From IMG/VR virus record IMGVR_UViG_3300033233_000003: a DNA stretch of 64,000 bases; one strand, written 5' to 3'. The position numbers were made by a program, and so were the translations under genes. The stretch is from an uncultured virus (IMG/VR IMGVR_UViG_3300033233_000003) (lineage: Duplodnaviria > Heunggongvirae > Uroviricota > Caudoviricetes). A model generated the notes under the pieces. It was not told where the DNA came from. It did no database searches and was given only the letters and a program-made list of their open reading frames with translations. Shown here in pieces: positions 19,351 through 28,608 of the stretch (its first letter is position 1; each line of letters starts with the position of its first letter).

Positions 19351-19755
19351 CTATCCTTGCAGCCATGGTGAGAGTGCTTCGAGGACTTCTTCGCCGGACA
19401 GGTTGCTGAAGCCGTCCTCTCCGAACGTCTCCTCGACGTCGGTGTCGCTATCCATGAAGACCTCGGCGTAGGGCTTGTGCACGAACACGTCTTTGTCTTC
19501 TCCGGTGTAGTCGGCCTTCTCGGGTTCCCGATCGAGGTCGTAGCCGTTTGCGCCGACGTAACCGAGTCCGCTGTTGCGCACGATGATGTAGGCGACGGTT
19601 CCGTCGTCCTCGACCAGCACGTCTACATCGTCGTGACTTCCGTGGCCACTCTCCAGCTCGTGGCGCTTGCCTGAGACCTTGATCACGATGTTGTCGTTCG
19701 GGTTGTAGTTTCCGCGAGGCATTCGCTCGACGGTCTTGAATCGGATGTCGCGCAT
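19351..19755 (-). CDS. Acidic hypothetical protein
   Basis: GAGG RBS; packed operon. Confidence 0.65.
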   Translation of the reverse strand: MRDIRFKTVERMPRGNYNPNDNIVIKVSGKRHELESGHGSHDDVDVLVEDDGTVAYIIVRNSGLGYVGANGYDLDREPEKADYTGEDKDVFVHKPYAEVFMDSDTDVEETFGEDGFSNLSGEEVLEALSPWLQG

Positions 19756-19758
19756 GGC

Positions 19759-20304
19759 TCAGCCTCGTCCTCTGGTGACGCCGGGCAAGCGCAGCTGGCG
19801 GCGTGTCAGCGCGGTTGACTTGGTGGGTCTGCGGATCGTGCCTGTCACGGGGTTCTCGATGGTGCCGTGGCCCCCTGCCGGGAGGTACTCGGCGCTCGAC
19901 AATCCCTTCTTGCCACGCTGGACGTGGGGCACGTCGCCACCCTTGTAGCGTTTGTGCCTGCTTCCCATGCGCAGCGTGTCGAGCTGGTCGATCTCGTTCT
20001 GCGTCTTGGGCTTGCCGTCGTTTCGCTTGACGAACAGCTCGTAGCGCGTCGTCTCGCCCGTGCGGTAGTCCTGCTCGTCTTCCGTGGTGAGCCAGTCGCC
20101 ATCGCTCGGACGGCTGCTCGACCATTCGAGCCAGCTGTTGTCCTTCACCGCGTCGATCACGGCGCCCATGGAGGTGTAGTCGTCTTTATGGTGGACGGTC
20201 GTCTCATGCTCGGGCTCGTCGTCGCCTTCTTCCCACGGTTGGGTGACCTCCTCGTACACGGTGACGTGGTAGGAGGTCTCGGGATAGTGTTTCTTCTGAG
20301 GCAT
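19759..20304 (-). CDS. Hypothetical protein (acidic N-terminus, basic C-terminus)
   Basis: Packed operon. Confidence 0.65.
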   Translation of the reverse strand: MPQKKHYPETSYHVTVYEEVTQPWEEGDDEPEHETTVHHKDDYTSMGAVIDAVKDNSWLEWSSSRPSDGDWLTTEDEQDYRTGETTRYELFVKRNDGKPKTQNEIDQLDTLRMGSRHKRYKGGDVPHVQRGKKGLSSAEYLPAGGHGTIENPVTGTIRRPTKSTALTRRQLRLPGVTRGRG

Positions 20305-20322
20305 CTGGCTTGGCTGTCGGGT

Positions 20323-20865
20323 TCAGGTCGTTCCGAAGGTTGGCTCTGCGCCCGGCGGCGGCGCGCCGAGCGTGAGGTCTCTCGGCGGGGTCACGTCGAC
20401 CACGTCGCGCGGCGCGAAGTTGACCTTGCCGCCGAGCGGAGGGCCGGCCGTGACCGGCTCGATCTTCTTGGTCGTCGCGTAGAAGAAGGCGGCCTTGTGG
20501 ATGTGACCCTGGTAGGCGGGGCCCGCGATGACGGTGTCGATCGTCGCGATCGCGAGCACGAGCGGACCGCCCGCCGGGGGCTTGAGCACGATCGCTGCGT
20601 CGCCGCCGACCTGCGCCATCGACGAGACCATGGTGTCGACCGCCGGATCGGCCGCCGGGACCACACCTGACGGTGTGATGTAGGTTGCCTTCCCTCCGCT
20701 GATGGATGCGGCTTCCGCGCGACTCAACACGCGGTAGCCACCCCACTCGCCGGGCGTGACGGGACCAGAGCCACCACCTCCGGTGATCTTCTTCGCGCGC
20801 CCGAGCAGGAGCGCCCCGACGCCGAGGGCGCCGATGACGAGGATGGGGACGATGGGGAGGGCCAT
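20323..20865 (-). CDS. N-terminally membrane-anchored protein, paralog of 20877-21380
   Basis: MALPIVPILVIGALGVGALLLG; shared YRVL.R.EA and GP..G..V.F.P..V. Confidence 0.7.
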   Translation of the reverse strand: MALPIVPILVIGALGVGALLLGRAKKITGGGGSGPVTPGEWGGYRVLSRAEAASISGGKATYITPSGVVPAADPAVDTMVSSMAQVGGDAAIVLKPPAGGPLVLAIATIDTVIAGPAYQGHIHKAAFFYATTKKIEPVTAGPPLGGKVNFAPRDVVDVTPPRDLTLGAPPPGAEPTFGTT

Positions 20866-20876
20866 GGGATTGCCTT

Positions 20877-21380
20877 TCAGGTCTCGATCACTTGCGGGGG
20901 TCCGAACTTCACCACCGTGCCGTCGGCGGGGCCGCCGTCGTCGAGGAATAGCTCCGCACCCTCTTCGGTGAGCTTGGTCTCCGCGTTGGCGATCGTCGCG
21001 ACGTAGAGAGGAATGCCGAGCGTGGTCGGTTCGATCGTGCTGACTTTGGCGCCCTTGAGGAAACTTTGGTGCGTCGTCGTGTTCTGCAGCGCGATGAGTA
21101 CCGTGGTGCCGACGGAGACCGCCTCACGCGCCTTGGCATCGAGCACGGCGTCGTCCGGCATCGGCTTTCCCGGCATCATGGTGGCCCACAACGTCGCGAG
21201 CTTCGGGACGGTCCTCATCGCCTCCGAACGCAAGAGCACGCGATAGGGTCCGGGGTCACCCTTGCTCGGCGTGAGCGCGATGCTTCCCTTGGGAAGCTGC
21301 TTTGACTTCTTCGAGGAGGCGAGCGCGAGCGCGCCTACGCCGACCACGACGAGCAGCGGCACGAGGATGGGGATCGCCAT
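20877..21380 (-). CDS. N-terminally membrane-anchored protein
   Basis: MAIPILVPLLVVVGVGALALASSKK; same motifs as its neighbour. Confidence 0.7.
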   Translation of the reverse strand: MAIPILVPLLVVVGVGALALASSKKSKQLPKGSIALTPSKGDPGPYRVLLRSEAMRTVPKLATLWATMMPGKPMPDDAVLDAKAREAVSVGTTVLIALQNTTTHQSFLKGAKVSTIEPTTLGIPLYVATIANAETKLTEEGAELFLDDGGPADGTVVKFGPPQVIET

Positions 21381-21389
21381 TCGGCAAAT

Positions 21390-21818
21390 CTACCACAGCG
21401 GGGTCGCGTCGGGGAACGCGAGCGTCGCCATCTTGCGGAGACTCTGCTCTCCGCGCGCCTTGAACATTCCGGGTTCAAAGGCGTCGAGGATGACGGTGCC
21501 GCCCATGTCCATGTCGACGACGAGCGAGCTGACGAGCGATCGCACCGCCGTGTTGAGGTGCGAGTACCCGGCCTCTTTGGTGATCTTCTTGCCGGGTCGC
21601 AGGTCGACGAAGTCGACGTTCGGGTCGTCGAAGAGGTCCTTGCCGTGCATCCACCTGCCGCGGCGCACGCCGTCGCGCAGCACCGAGACGTGGATGTAGA
21701 GCGGGCTCGTGAGGTCGAGGTAGATCCAGGCGAGGTCGTAGTCGCCGCTGCCGTCGTCAGCCGTGCGCATGACGTAGACCCAGGAGTCGCCGCTATTGCC
21801 GGAAGAGACGGTGCTCAT
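21390..21818 (-). CDS. Hypothetical protein
   Basis: 142-aa ORF that fits the operon. Confidence 0.55.
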   Translation of the reverse strand: MSTVSSGNSGDSWVYVMRTADDGSGDYDLAWIYLDLTSPLYIHVSVLRDGVRRGRWMHGKDLFDDPNVDFVDLRPGKKITKEAGYSHLNTAVRSLVSSLVVDMDMGGTVILDAFEPGMFKARGEQSLRKMATLAFPDATPLW

Positions 21819-21895
21819 TTCGACGTGCCTTGTGTGAGGAGGTAGACGTGGAGCTTGTGCCTGCGGCCGTTCGCCCAGTTGATGCGACCGTGCCG

Positions 21896-22192
21896 CTAGT
21901 CATCCATGCGCACGCGAACTTCGATGGTCTGGCCACGCTTGTGACGATGAACCGCGAGCTGTACGTCACCGTCGAGGTCGCCGGAGTGTCGCGCGAGCGC
22001 GTCGCGGAGTCGTCGGTCAGCCTGCGTCGCGTTCTTCGCGATGCCGAACTTTCTCATCTCCGTGTCCTCTACGCCGATGCTCTCCACGTCGAAGATGAAC
22101 GGGATCTGCTCCTCGACGAGCCAGGCGACGACCTCGCGAAGTACAGCGTTGATCGCTCGATTGATCCTCTCCCCTGATCTTCTCGTGGACAT
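21896..22192 (-). CDS. Hypothetical protein
   Basis: GGAGGA RBS before MSTRRSGERINRAI. Confidence 0.6.
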   Translation of the reverse strand: MSTRRSGERINRAINAVLREVVAWLVEEQIPFIFDVESIGVEDTEMRKFGIAKNATQADRRLRDALARHSGDLDGDVQLAVHRHKRGQTIEVRVRMDD

Positions 22193-22218
22193 GGTTCTTC
22201 CTCCGTTTCTCTGCGCGC

Positions 22219-23199
22219 TCAGCGCGTCGTGAGCTTCGCGGCGACGAGCCCGAGCCCCAGCATGCCGAGGATGAGGAATGGCATCTCTCCGCTCGGCTCG
22301 GCAGGGCGCATCACGTCGAGCACGGGTTTTGCGATCTTCGGCGGCGGTGCCTTCGTCGATCCGGGGACGGTCGCCGGCTTGCCCGGTGTCGTCGTGGATC
22401 CTGGCCAAGGCAGCGCGACGTTGGGGTAGCGAAGTTCGAGCGGACCTTCGTCGCTGAGCAGCGGGAAGAACTTGGGGTGCCTCGCGATCCACATCAGGTC
22501 GACGGCGTCGGAGCCGGTCGGGCCGGTCAAAAGTCCCTTCCGTGATGCGTACTGCTCCTTGTGGGAATAGTCCGGGTCGTAGTCGGCCTTGTGCCCAGAA
22601 TAATCCTTCTGCACGAAGTCGAGCGGCAAGGCGTCGCTCACGAGGCCGCCCTGGATGGCGAGGCTCCCGAGCGGGTAGCCCCGTCGGTTCACGAGCGTCT
22701 TCTGTCCGCCTTCGGCGAGTTTTTGTCCTCTTTGGATTCCCTTGGCGGCGTAGATCTTCTCTCGCCGGGCAAAAGCGTCGATCCAGGCGCCGGTGCTCTC
22801 GATGTCGCCAGGGATGCCGCCGGTCTTGTACCAAGGGAATCCGGGCGTCTGGAACGGGATGCGGCTGGCTGCGGTCCCGATGTCGCGGAGCATCTTGCGT
22901 GTCGGCATCACCGCGTAGAGGTCGTCTGCGACAGCCTGCGCGTTGTCCGCGAAGAGGCCGACGGGGAAGGAGTCGGCGTCCGTGCCGAGCGCGAGTCCGT
23001 CGGGCATCACCGGGTAGGTGAGCGTCCACTTCTCTCCGTCGATGGTGTCGGAGACGGTGATGGGGATCCACGGAAGGGTGACGATCCAGCTCGGGACCTC
23101 GCGGTTCTTCCAGCCGGCCATGATCAGCGCTTGACGTTCGGCGCCTCGCTTGTCTGCGAGGAGCTTCGCCCATTCTGCGCCGGTGCGGATGGCCATCAC
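22219..23199 (-). CDS. Conserved-looking hypothetical enzyme-like protein with a C-terminal transmembrane anchor
   Basis: VMPDGLALG..AQAVAD..PTRKM..DYSH; Pro/Thr linker; FLILGMLGLGLVAA tail. Confidence 0.65.
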   Translation of the reverse strand: MMAIRTGAEWAKLLADKRGAERQALIMAGWKNREVPSWIVTLPWIPITVSDTIDGEKWTLTYPVMPDGLALGTDADSFPVGLFADNAQAVADDLYAVMPTRKMLRDIGTAASRIPFQTPGFPWYKTGGIPGDIESTGAWIDAFARREKIYAAKGIQRGQKLAEGGQKTLVNRRGYPLGSLAIQGGLVSDALPLDFVQKDYSGHKADYDPDYSHKEQYASRKGLLTGPTGSDAVDLMWIARHPKFFPLLSDEGPLELRYPNVALPWPGSTTTPGKPATVPGSTKAPPPKIAKPVLDVMRPAEPSGEMPFLILGMLGLGLVAAKLTTR

Positions 23200-23678
23200 T
23201 TCTTCTTGTATGGCTTGATCTTGATGTTGCGCTCGCGTGATTGGAACCTGATGTACTTCGCTGCGTCGGTGCCGTGAATCGCCTCGAAAGCTTCCATCGG
23301 CGTGAGCTTGTAGCCTGTGCCGTTGATGCTTTCACGGAAGTATTCGTCGGCTCGCTGCCAGGCATCTTCGTCGGAGAGGCCTTCCTTCTTGGCGTCGGCG
23401 TACAGATCCTTCAGGTGATCGTCGTAGCGTTCCTTCATCCACTCCTCGTGGATCTCGAAAGCAGGCTGAAGGGCAGCATCTGGGCTGTGGGCGTGATAGC
23501 GGTTTTGCACAGCGTAGATCGACGCCGTGTGTGGCCCGTAGCTAGATACATCCATCACGAGAGAGACGTAGACGGGGGTGTCTTCGTCGAGATCGATGTC
23601 TCCTTCGGCATCACCGCCTACCAGTATGACGCCCTGGTCGAGCATCTCCGCCAGCGCCTCGGCGTCTTTCTTGGACAT
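23196..23678 (-). CDS. Acidic hypothetical protein downstream of long-repeat copy 2
   Basis: AAGGTAG RBS-like site; coupled to the next gene. Confidence 0.65.
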   Translation of the reverse strand: MSKKDAEALAEMLDQGVILVGGDAEGDIDLDEDTPVYVSLVMDVSSYGPHTASIYAVQNRYHAHSPDAALQPAFEIHEEWMKERYDDHLKDLYADAKKEGLSDEDAWQRADEYFRESINGTGYKLTPMEAFEAIHGTDAAKYIRFQSRERNIKIKPYKKK

Positions 23679-23731
23679 GATGATTTTCTACCTTACGTGG
23701 ATGATGAACAAGAGGGAGAGGGAGAGCGAGA

Positions 23732-23888
23732 GGCTACGAGGGAGGGCTGGGGAGTGGGCGGGTGAAGTGTGGTGCGCGGGGGGAGGTGGTCGCCGTGATC
23801 GAGGCGAGTGAGGGCCATCACCGCGCACGGGCGCGCGGACTGCCGTTTCGGATGCTTCGCATCCTTTTTTCGCGCCTCCCGATGGTCG
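23732..23888 (-). repeat. ~160-bp structured element, copy 2
   Basis: Same core and box. Confidence 0.95.
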
Positions 23889-24000
23889 GCCGGTGAAGTA
23901 GCGGTGAGGGTCGACATCGCGCACGTGCTGCTCGGTCGCGCGCTCCTGTTGGTCGCGCCGATCGAGAGGGATGGAAGGTTGGGATGAGGTCTGGTGGGGG

Positions 24001-24447
24001 TCATCGGTCGAGGAGTTCTCGCGTGGTTCGGTCGACGGACTGGCCGCGCTCGTAGGCGTGGCGCACCGCGGGCTCCATGCGCTGGACGAGGTGCAGCGCC
24101 TTCTGCTCGGGGACTCCGTAGTCCGAGACCAGGCGGTTCGCGATCTTGACGGCGTAGAAGTCGGCCGGTGAGATGGGCGCGCGGCGGACGGCGACGGAGC
24201 CGGCGGCGTGGCCGTCATCATATTCATAAGAGGGAGGATCGCGAGGCTCGTTACCGTGGTCATCAGTTCGCCAGACGATGTCGGTGGAATAGTGATCGAG
24301 GGAGACGCAGTTGTCGACGACGAGATACAGCGCGCCTCGATCTTCTGCGCTGTAGCTCATGGCGGCATCACGAGCATCCTCGAAGGCCGGATGGGCTCCC
24401 ATGAAGGTGCCGTTGGAGGAGATGACTTGGAAGCGTTTTGACATCAC
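24001..24447 (-). CDS. Hypothetical protein with the shared C-terminal helical module
   Basis: SPADFYAVKIANRLVSDYGVPEQKALHLVQRME. Confidence 0.7.
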   Translation of the reverse strand: MMSKRFQVISSNGTFMGAHPAFEDARDAAMSYSAEDRGALYLVVDNCVSLDHYSTDIVWRTDDHGNEPRDPPSYEYDDGHAAGSVAVRRAPISPADFYAVKIANRLVSDYGVPEQKALHLVQRMEPAVRHAYERGQSVDRTTRELLDR

Positions 24448-25019
24448 GTCTCCTCTTCCAGCAGATCTTCGGCGGTCACGCCCACAGACTGGTCTTGTTC
24501 GTAGGCGCGGCGCACCATGGACTCCATGCGCTGAACGAGGTGCAGCGCCTTCTGCTCGGGGACGTCGTAGTCCGAGACCAGGCGGTTCACGATCTTGACC
24601 GCGTAGAAGTCGACGGGCGAGACTGGCGAGCGATGGACAGGGTCGTCTTCTGAACGATGAAAGTAATCGATCTCCGTCTTCGAGATTTTGAAGAGCAGAC
24701 CGTTTGGAAATTCCATCAGGGTCTCTTCTTTGAAGATGCCGGCTTTCAACTGAGCACCTAGCTCGTAGTACCGCTTCGTTTCCGGAAGACTCGGGTTGCC
24801 GAACGGCACGTGCTGAGCCATCCGATGGAGGTCCCTGTCGAGCTTTTCCTCTTTGTCGTATTGGCGCTCGCGATGGACGACGATCTTGGCGTGATCGGCG
24901 TGTGCGCGATGGATGAACTGCCGTCTGGTCATCAGGCCCATCGAGGCGAAATTGACGACCGTGTCGAGGTACTTCGCCTCACGAGCCGCCTGAGCTTTCG
25001 TGATGTCCGGTCTAGCCAT
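24444..25019 (-). CDS. Hypothetical protein with a near-identical C-terminal module
   Basis: SPVDFYAVKIVNRLVSDYDVPEQKALHLVQRME; unrelated N-terminus. Confidence 0.7.
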   Translation of the reverse strand: MARPDITKAQAAREAKYLDTVVNFASMGLMTRRQFIHRAHADHAKIVVHRERQYDKEEKLDRDLHRMAQHVPFGNPSLPETKRYYELGAQLKAGIFKEETLMEFPNGLLFKISKTEIDYFHRSEDDPVHRSPVSPVDFYAVKIVNRLVSDYDVPEQKALHLVQRMESMVRRAYEQDQSVGVTAEDLLEEET

Positions 25020-25281
25020 GGTCGTCTTCCTTCGAGAGGATCTCCATCAGGCTGATCCCTGGGTCGGTCGGATCGTCTTCCTCTTCCGAGAAGATCTCCA
25101 TGAGCGTCTTGCCGATGGGCGGTTGCATCGGCGTGGCCTCGTCGACGAGCGTCGCGAGCGAGTTCCCAAGCGGCGCCGAAGGCGACCGCGTTGGATCAAC
25201 GAGCTTCTTCTGGCGCGCGCGGGCCGCGTCGCGCTCGGCGTTTTGGGCCTGGACTCTTCGGATCTGCTCGTCGGTGATCAC
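25012..25281 (-). CDS. Hypothetical protein containing a hairpin copy
   Basis: GAGGAG RBS before GTG; PTRSPSAPLG peptide; start uncertain. Confidence 0.45.
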   Translation of the reverse strand: MITDEQIRRVQAQNAERDAARARQKKLVDPTRSPSAPLGNSLATLVDEATPMQPPIGKTLMEIFSEEEDDPTDPGISLMEILSKEDDHG

Positions 25282-25283
25282 GA

Positions 25284-25553
25284 TCAGCTCCTCTTCGGCC
25301 AGTGCATTGAGAAGGGGGTCGGTTCGGCCGCGACGTGCACGCTGGTTCGCCAAGCGAGACCCCTCGTGCATTCCTCCTCGCTGAAGCCGTGACGAAGATC
25401 GTTCTGTCCATCGAGGAAGACCTGGATGTTCGCCTTGTCCATCAGCTCGCCGGAGGTGCTGACGGCAAAGACGCGGACGACGATGCACGGATGCTCGGCC
25501 CCGTCCCTGGAGACGTAGCGGAGCGTTCTTCCTTCGGAGAGCTTGTCGGACAT
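25284..25553 (-). CDS. Small beta-barrel-like phage protein
   Basis: GRTLRYV..HPCIVVRV..NIQVFLDG..HWP; AGGAGG RBS. Confidence 0.65.
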   Translation of the reverse strand: MSDKLSEGRTLRYVSRDGAEHPCIVVRVFAVSTSGELMDKANIQVFLDGQNDLRHGFSEEECTRGLAWRTSVHVAAEPTPFSMHWPKRS

Positions 25554-25569
25554 AGGCGAAGACGGCCTC

Positions 25570-25716
25570 CTAGCCGTGGAACGGGAACTTCTTGATGCGG
25601 CCCTGCTTGTCGATGTAGACGGCGAAGCCCTCCTTGCGGAGCCTCACGAGTTCTTTGCTCGTGGCCGCGTCGATCTTCACCGCGAGGGTCTTCTTGCGCT
25701 TCTTCTTGGCTGCCAT
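25570..25716 (-). CDS. Small basic protein
   Basis: AAGGA RBS; MAAKKKRKK. Confidence 0.55.
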   Translation of the reverse strand: MAAKKKRKKTLAVKIDAATSKELVRLRKEGFAVYIDKQGRIKKFPFHG

Positions 25717-25811
25717 TTTCTTTTCCTTGTAACGCGGTGGCCCTCGGCGCCGCTGGGTCCCTGACATGCGTACTCGGCGAGGTGATTCTCGTGAGCTGTG
25801 ACGTTCCCGTC

Positions 25812-26207
25812 CTATGCTGCCCTTCGCTGAAGCAGCTCGTCGACGATCTCGTCTTCGATCCGGCTGTGGATGGCCAGGAGCCCGAGGCTCACGATGCGGC
25901 CGTAGAGCGCGATCTCCATCCGGAAGATGCCGTGGTGGGCGCGGAGCAGCGCGACGCGCGGGTCGTTTGCGTCACACAGCGGGAAGAGGCGCGTGTCTTC
26001 CTCCCACATGTGCAGGAGCCAATCATAGCCGGACCACGTGTCGGCCGCGAGGTTCGGGTGTGCGTGCATCTTGGCCGCATGCTCGCAGCCGATCTCGGCG
26101 AGGAAGGCGGTCGCCTTCGGGCAGTTGCAGCCGGCGATGTGAACGCCGGTGACCTGGACACCGGAGACGCGCGTTCGACTCCTGTGACGACGAGGGAAGA
26201 TCAGCAT
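25812..26207 (-). CDS. Hemerythrin-like (HHE) domain protein
   Basis: EH...LLHMWEEDTRLFP...LLRAHH...IHSRIEDE. Confidence 0.5.
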   Translation of the reverse strand: MLIFPRRHRSRTRVSGVQVTGVHIAGCNCPKATAFLAEIGCEHAAKMHAHPNLAADTWSGYDWLLHMWEEDTRLFPLCDANDPRVALLRAHHGIFRMEIALYGRIVSLGLLAIHSRIEDEIVDELLQRRAA

Positions 26208-26587
26208 CCCACTTTGCCTCCGCGCCAGGGCATGTTGTCGAGAGCGATGAGGCAGACGCTCATGAAACGATCGGCCGCGGCGATCGTGCCGAGGAGCGTC
26301 GGCGGGATCGCTAGCATCAGGATCTCGCGGATCTTCTCGACGACGGGAGGCTCCTTCGGAGGGTTCTCCATCTCGGCGAGGATCTTGAAAAGGTGGCTAG
26401 TCATCCTCGACCTCGTGTGGAGGAGGTCTTCGCAGAGGGTCTCCTGGACGAGCGACGAGCAATGGCTCGACCTCGTCTGCGAAGCTGTGCGCGACGGTCG
26501 TGTGCCATTCGCTGTCGCGGGATGAGGAAGGAGAAGGAGAAGGAGAAGGAGACGGAGAAGGAGACGGAGAAGGAGACGGAGACGAGA

Positions 26588-26766
26588 GGCTATGAGGGAA
26601 GGGGGAGGAGTGGGGCGTGGGATCGTGGTGCGCGGGGGAGGCGGACACTGCGCTCGAAGGCGAGAGAGCCGACACCGCGCACGGGCGCGCGGACTGCCGT
26701 TTCGGATGCTTCGCATCCTTCTCTCGCGCCTCCCGATGGTCGGCCAGAAGCGCCTCCCGATGGTCG
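26588..26766 (-). repeat. ~160-bp structured element, copy 3, with a duplicated CTCCCGATGGTCGGCCAGAAG box
   Basis: Same core; box present twice; GGAGA(A/C) tail at 26521-26587. Confidence 0.95.
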
Positions 26767-26784
26767 GCCAGAAGGGTTGGGCGG

Positions 26785-27099
26785 CTAGTCATCGTCGACC
26801 TCGGCGTCGTCGGCGTCTTGAGGGGCGGGCGTCGTGGGGCGCTTGCGTGCGGCCTCTCGATCGAGCTGGCTCTCATGCGACTCACGCGCGGCGCGCTCCA
26901 TCTTCATCAAGATCTCGGCCACGTCCTGGGGACGTTTGCCGGCGAAGTAGCTGGAGCGCACCGTGGGCTCGTGGCGGTGGATCATCGCGACCGCATGGTC
27001 GAACTCGATGCCGTGAGCGCTGCCCAGACGCTCCGCGAGCACGGACGCGAAGGCGTTCATGTTGGGGTCGCTCTTGAGCATCTCTCCGAAGACGGACAC
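26785..27099 (-). CDS. Small protein consisting mostly of the shared helical module
   Basis: AFASVLAERLGSAHGIEFDHAVAMIHRHEPTVRSSYFAGKRPQDVAEIL. Confidence 0.55.
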   Translation of the reverse strand: MSVFGEMLKSDPNMNAFASVLAERLGSAHGIEFDHAVAMIHRHEPTVRSSYFAGKRPQDVAEILMKMERAARESHESQLDREAARKRPTTPAPQDADDAEVDDD

Positions 27100-27107
27100 G
27101 TGTGACC

Positions 27108-27503
27108 TCAGGGGGCTTCGGTGTTGGGGTGGAGGATCTGAGCACCCTTGCTCGGCTTCTCGCTGATGGTGATGTAGCGGCGATCCTCCCAGCCTTTGTA
27201 CTGTCGCTCCCAGGCCTGGGCGACGGACATGCTCGGGACCGGCACGCTGTAGCGGCGCGGTGGGTTGTGGCCCTGCGTGAAGTTCACGAACCAGGGCCAT
27301 TTCTCCCAGGCTGCTTTGGAGATGCCAGGTTTGCCGCCGCGGCCTTCGAGGATCCGAATGATGCCTTCGACGACGCCTGGAGGAGCGTCCGTCGAGAGAC
27401 CATGGCCAGACGAATCGCTGCGGTATTGAAAACCGCGCTGGGTGAGTTCAACGCGGAGTGCGGCGGCTTCGCCCGGATGATCGTAGGTGACGTGGGAACC
27501 CAT
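27108..27503 (-). CDS. Hypothetical protein
   Basis: GAGGAG RBS. Confidence 0.6.
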   Translation of the reverse strand: MGSHVTYDHPGEAAALRVELTQRGFQYRSDSSGHGLSTDAPPGVVEGIIRILEGRGGKPGISKAAWEKWPWFVNFTQGHNPPRRYSVPVPSMSVAQAWERQYKGWEDRRYITISEKPSKGAQILHPNTEAP

Positions 27504-27535
27504 GGTGCTTCTCCTCAGTCGTTAGTCGTCAGTCG

Positions 27536-28225
27536 TCAGTCGACGTGGATCTTCTTGTCGTCGCCGACGTAGATGTAGGAGCCGCCGTAGGCCTTGGATG
27601 CCTTGGTCAGGATCTCTCCGTCCCTCTTCGGCCAATCGCCGTCCCAGAAGCCCGCACCGTGACCGTTGCGGGTGAGCCAGAAGTCGTGTCCGGCCAGCTC
27701 CTCGCGGCCCAAGATGAGCGCGGCGTTCTCCTTCGCGAAGCCGTCTGTGTCCTTGCGCATCTTCTTGAGGGAAGCCTTCGCGATGTCGCCTGGGCCATAG
27801 TTCGCGTCGAGGGGGCTGCCGCCCGACTCGTCGGCGTTGTCGGTCTCGGCCCACAGCGCAGTGGTCACGTAGGCGTCGAAGAATGCGTCGAGGTCGACCT
27901 TCTTGCTGACGTTGCCGATCGCGTGGTCGATCGACTTTTGCAGCATCCGCGCGATCTTCTGCAGCTCGGCGATCTCACTGTCTCCCCAGCCGGTTCGCTC
28001 GCGACCTGCCTTGGTCTTGGCGACGGAGATGTCCTTCTCGATGTTGCCGAGGCATCCTTCGACGGTCGAGAGGGCGACCTCGCGGCTCTTGTCCATCCAG
28101 CTCGATCCGCATGCGTAGATCGGGTCGCCCATGGAGGAGTGCCAGTGCGAGAGCATCTCCGCCAGCTCGCGGCGGTTGCCCTCGGGATAGACCTTGACGC
28201 CGATCTCGGGTGATTCCTTGGCCAT
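27536..28225 (-). CDS. Phage protein with a GHDFWLTRNGHGAGFWD domain
   Basis: Motif familiar from phage hypothetical proteins; GGAGG RBS; function unknown. Confidence 0.7.
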   Translation of the reverse strand: MAKESPEIGVKVYPEGNRRELAEMLSHWHSSMGDPIYACGSSWMDKSREVALSTVEGCLGNIEKDISVAKTKAGRERTGWGDSEIAELQKIARMLQKSIDHAIGNVSKKVDLDAFFDAYVTTALWAETDNADESGGSPLDANYGPGDIAKASLKKMRKDTDGFAKENAALILGREELAGHDFWLTRNGHGAGFWDGDWPKRDGEILTKASKAYGGSYIYVGDDKKIHVD

Positions 28226-28258
28226 GGCTTAGATCTTCGCCTCCGGGTCGAGCATGGC

Positions 28259-28573
28259 TCACCTGCTCAGGAAAGCGACGCCGTTGTCGCTCAGTTCTTG
28301 GATGGTGTCTTCTAGCTCTCGACCTGTGGCGAGATCTTTGAGCGCAAAGGCGTGGACTCCGCTCCAATGAAGCGCATCGAGAGCGGCGTCGGCAGATTCG
28401 TAGAAATCGTCACTCTTGTAGGCGTCCTTGGCCTGATCGCGCATCATTTTGTTGGCCGCAGCGTCAGCCTTTTTCGCGGTCGTCGCGATGACGTTCAGGA
28501 AGGGATCGCTCTCTGACCACCATATGGCCGCGGAGTAGATGACCGTGTTTCCGTTGATCTTGCGCTTGCTCAT
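28259..28573 (-). CDS. Hypothetical protein
   Basis: AAGGA before MSKRKING. Confidence 0.6.
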   Translation of the reverse strand: MSKRKINGNTVIYSAAIWWSESDPFLNVIATTAKKADAAANKMMRDQAKDAYKSDDFYESADAALDALHWSGVHAFALKDLATGRELEDTIQELSDNGVAFLSR

Positions 28574-28608
28574 CAGCCGATCCTTCTCCCGGTTCTTCTC
28601 CCGGTTCT

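Noticed and set aside
26107..26121. Partial hairpin-like matches (also near 4912, 5119 and 62559)
   Set aside because: Only half the motif matches and the stems do not close, so they are plausibly chance in GC-rich coding DNA.
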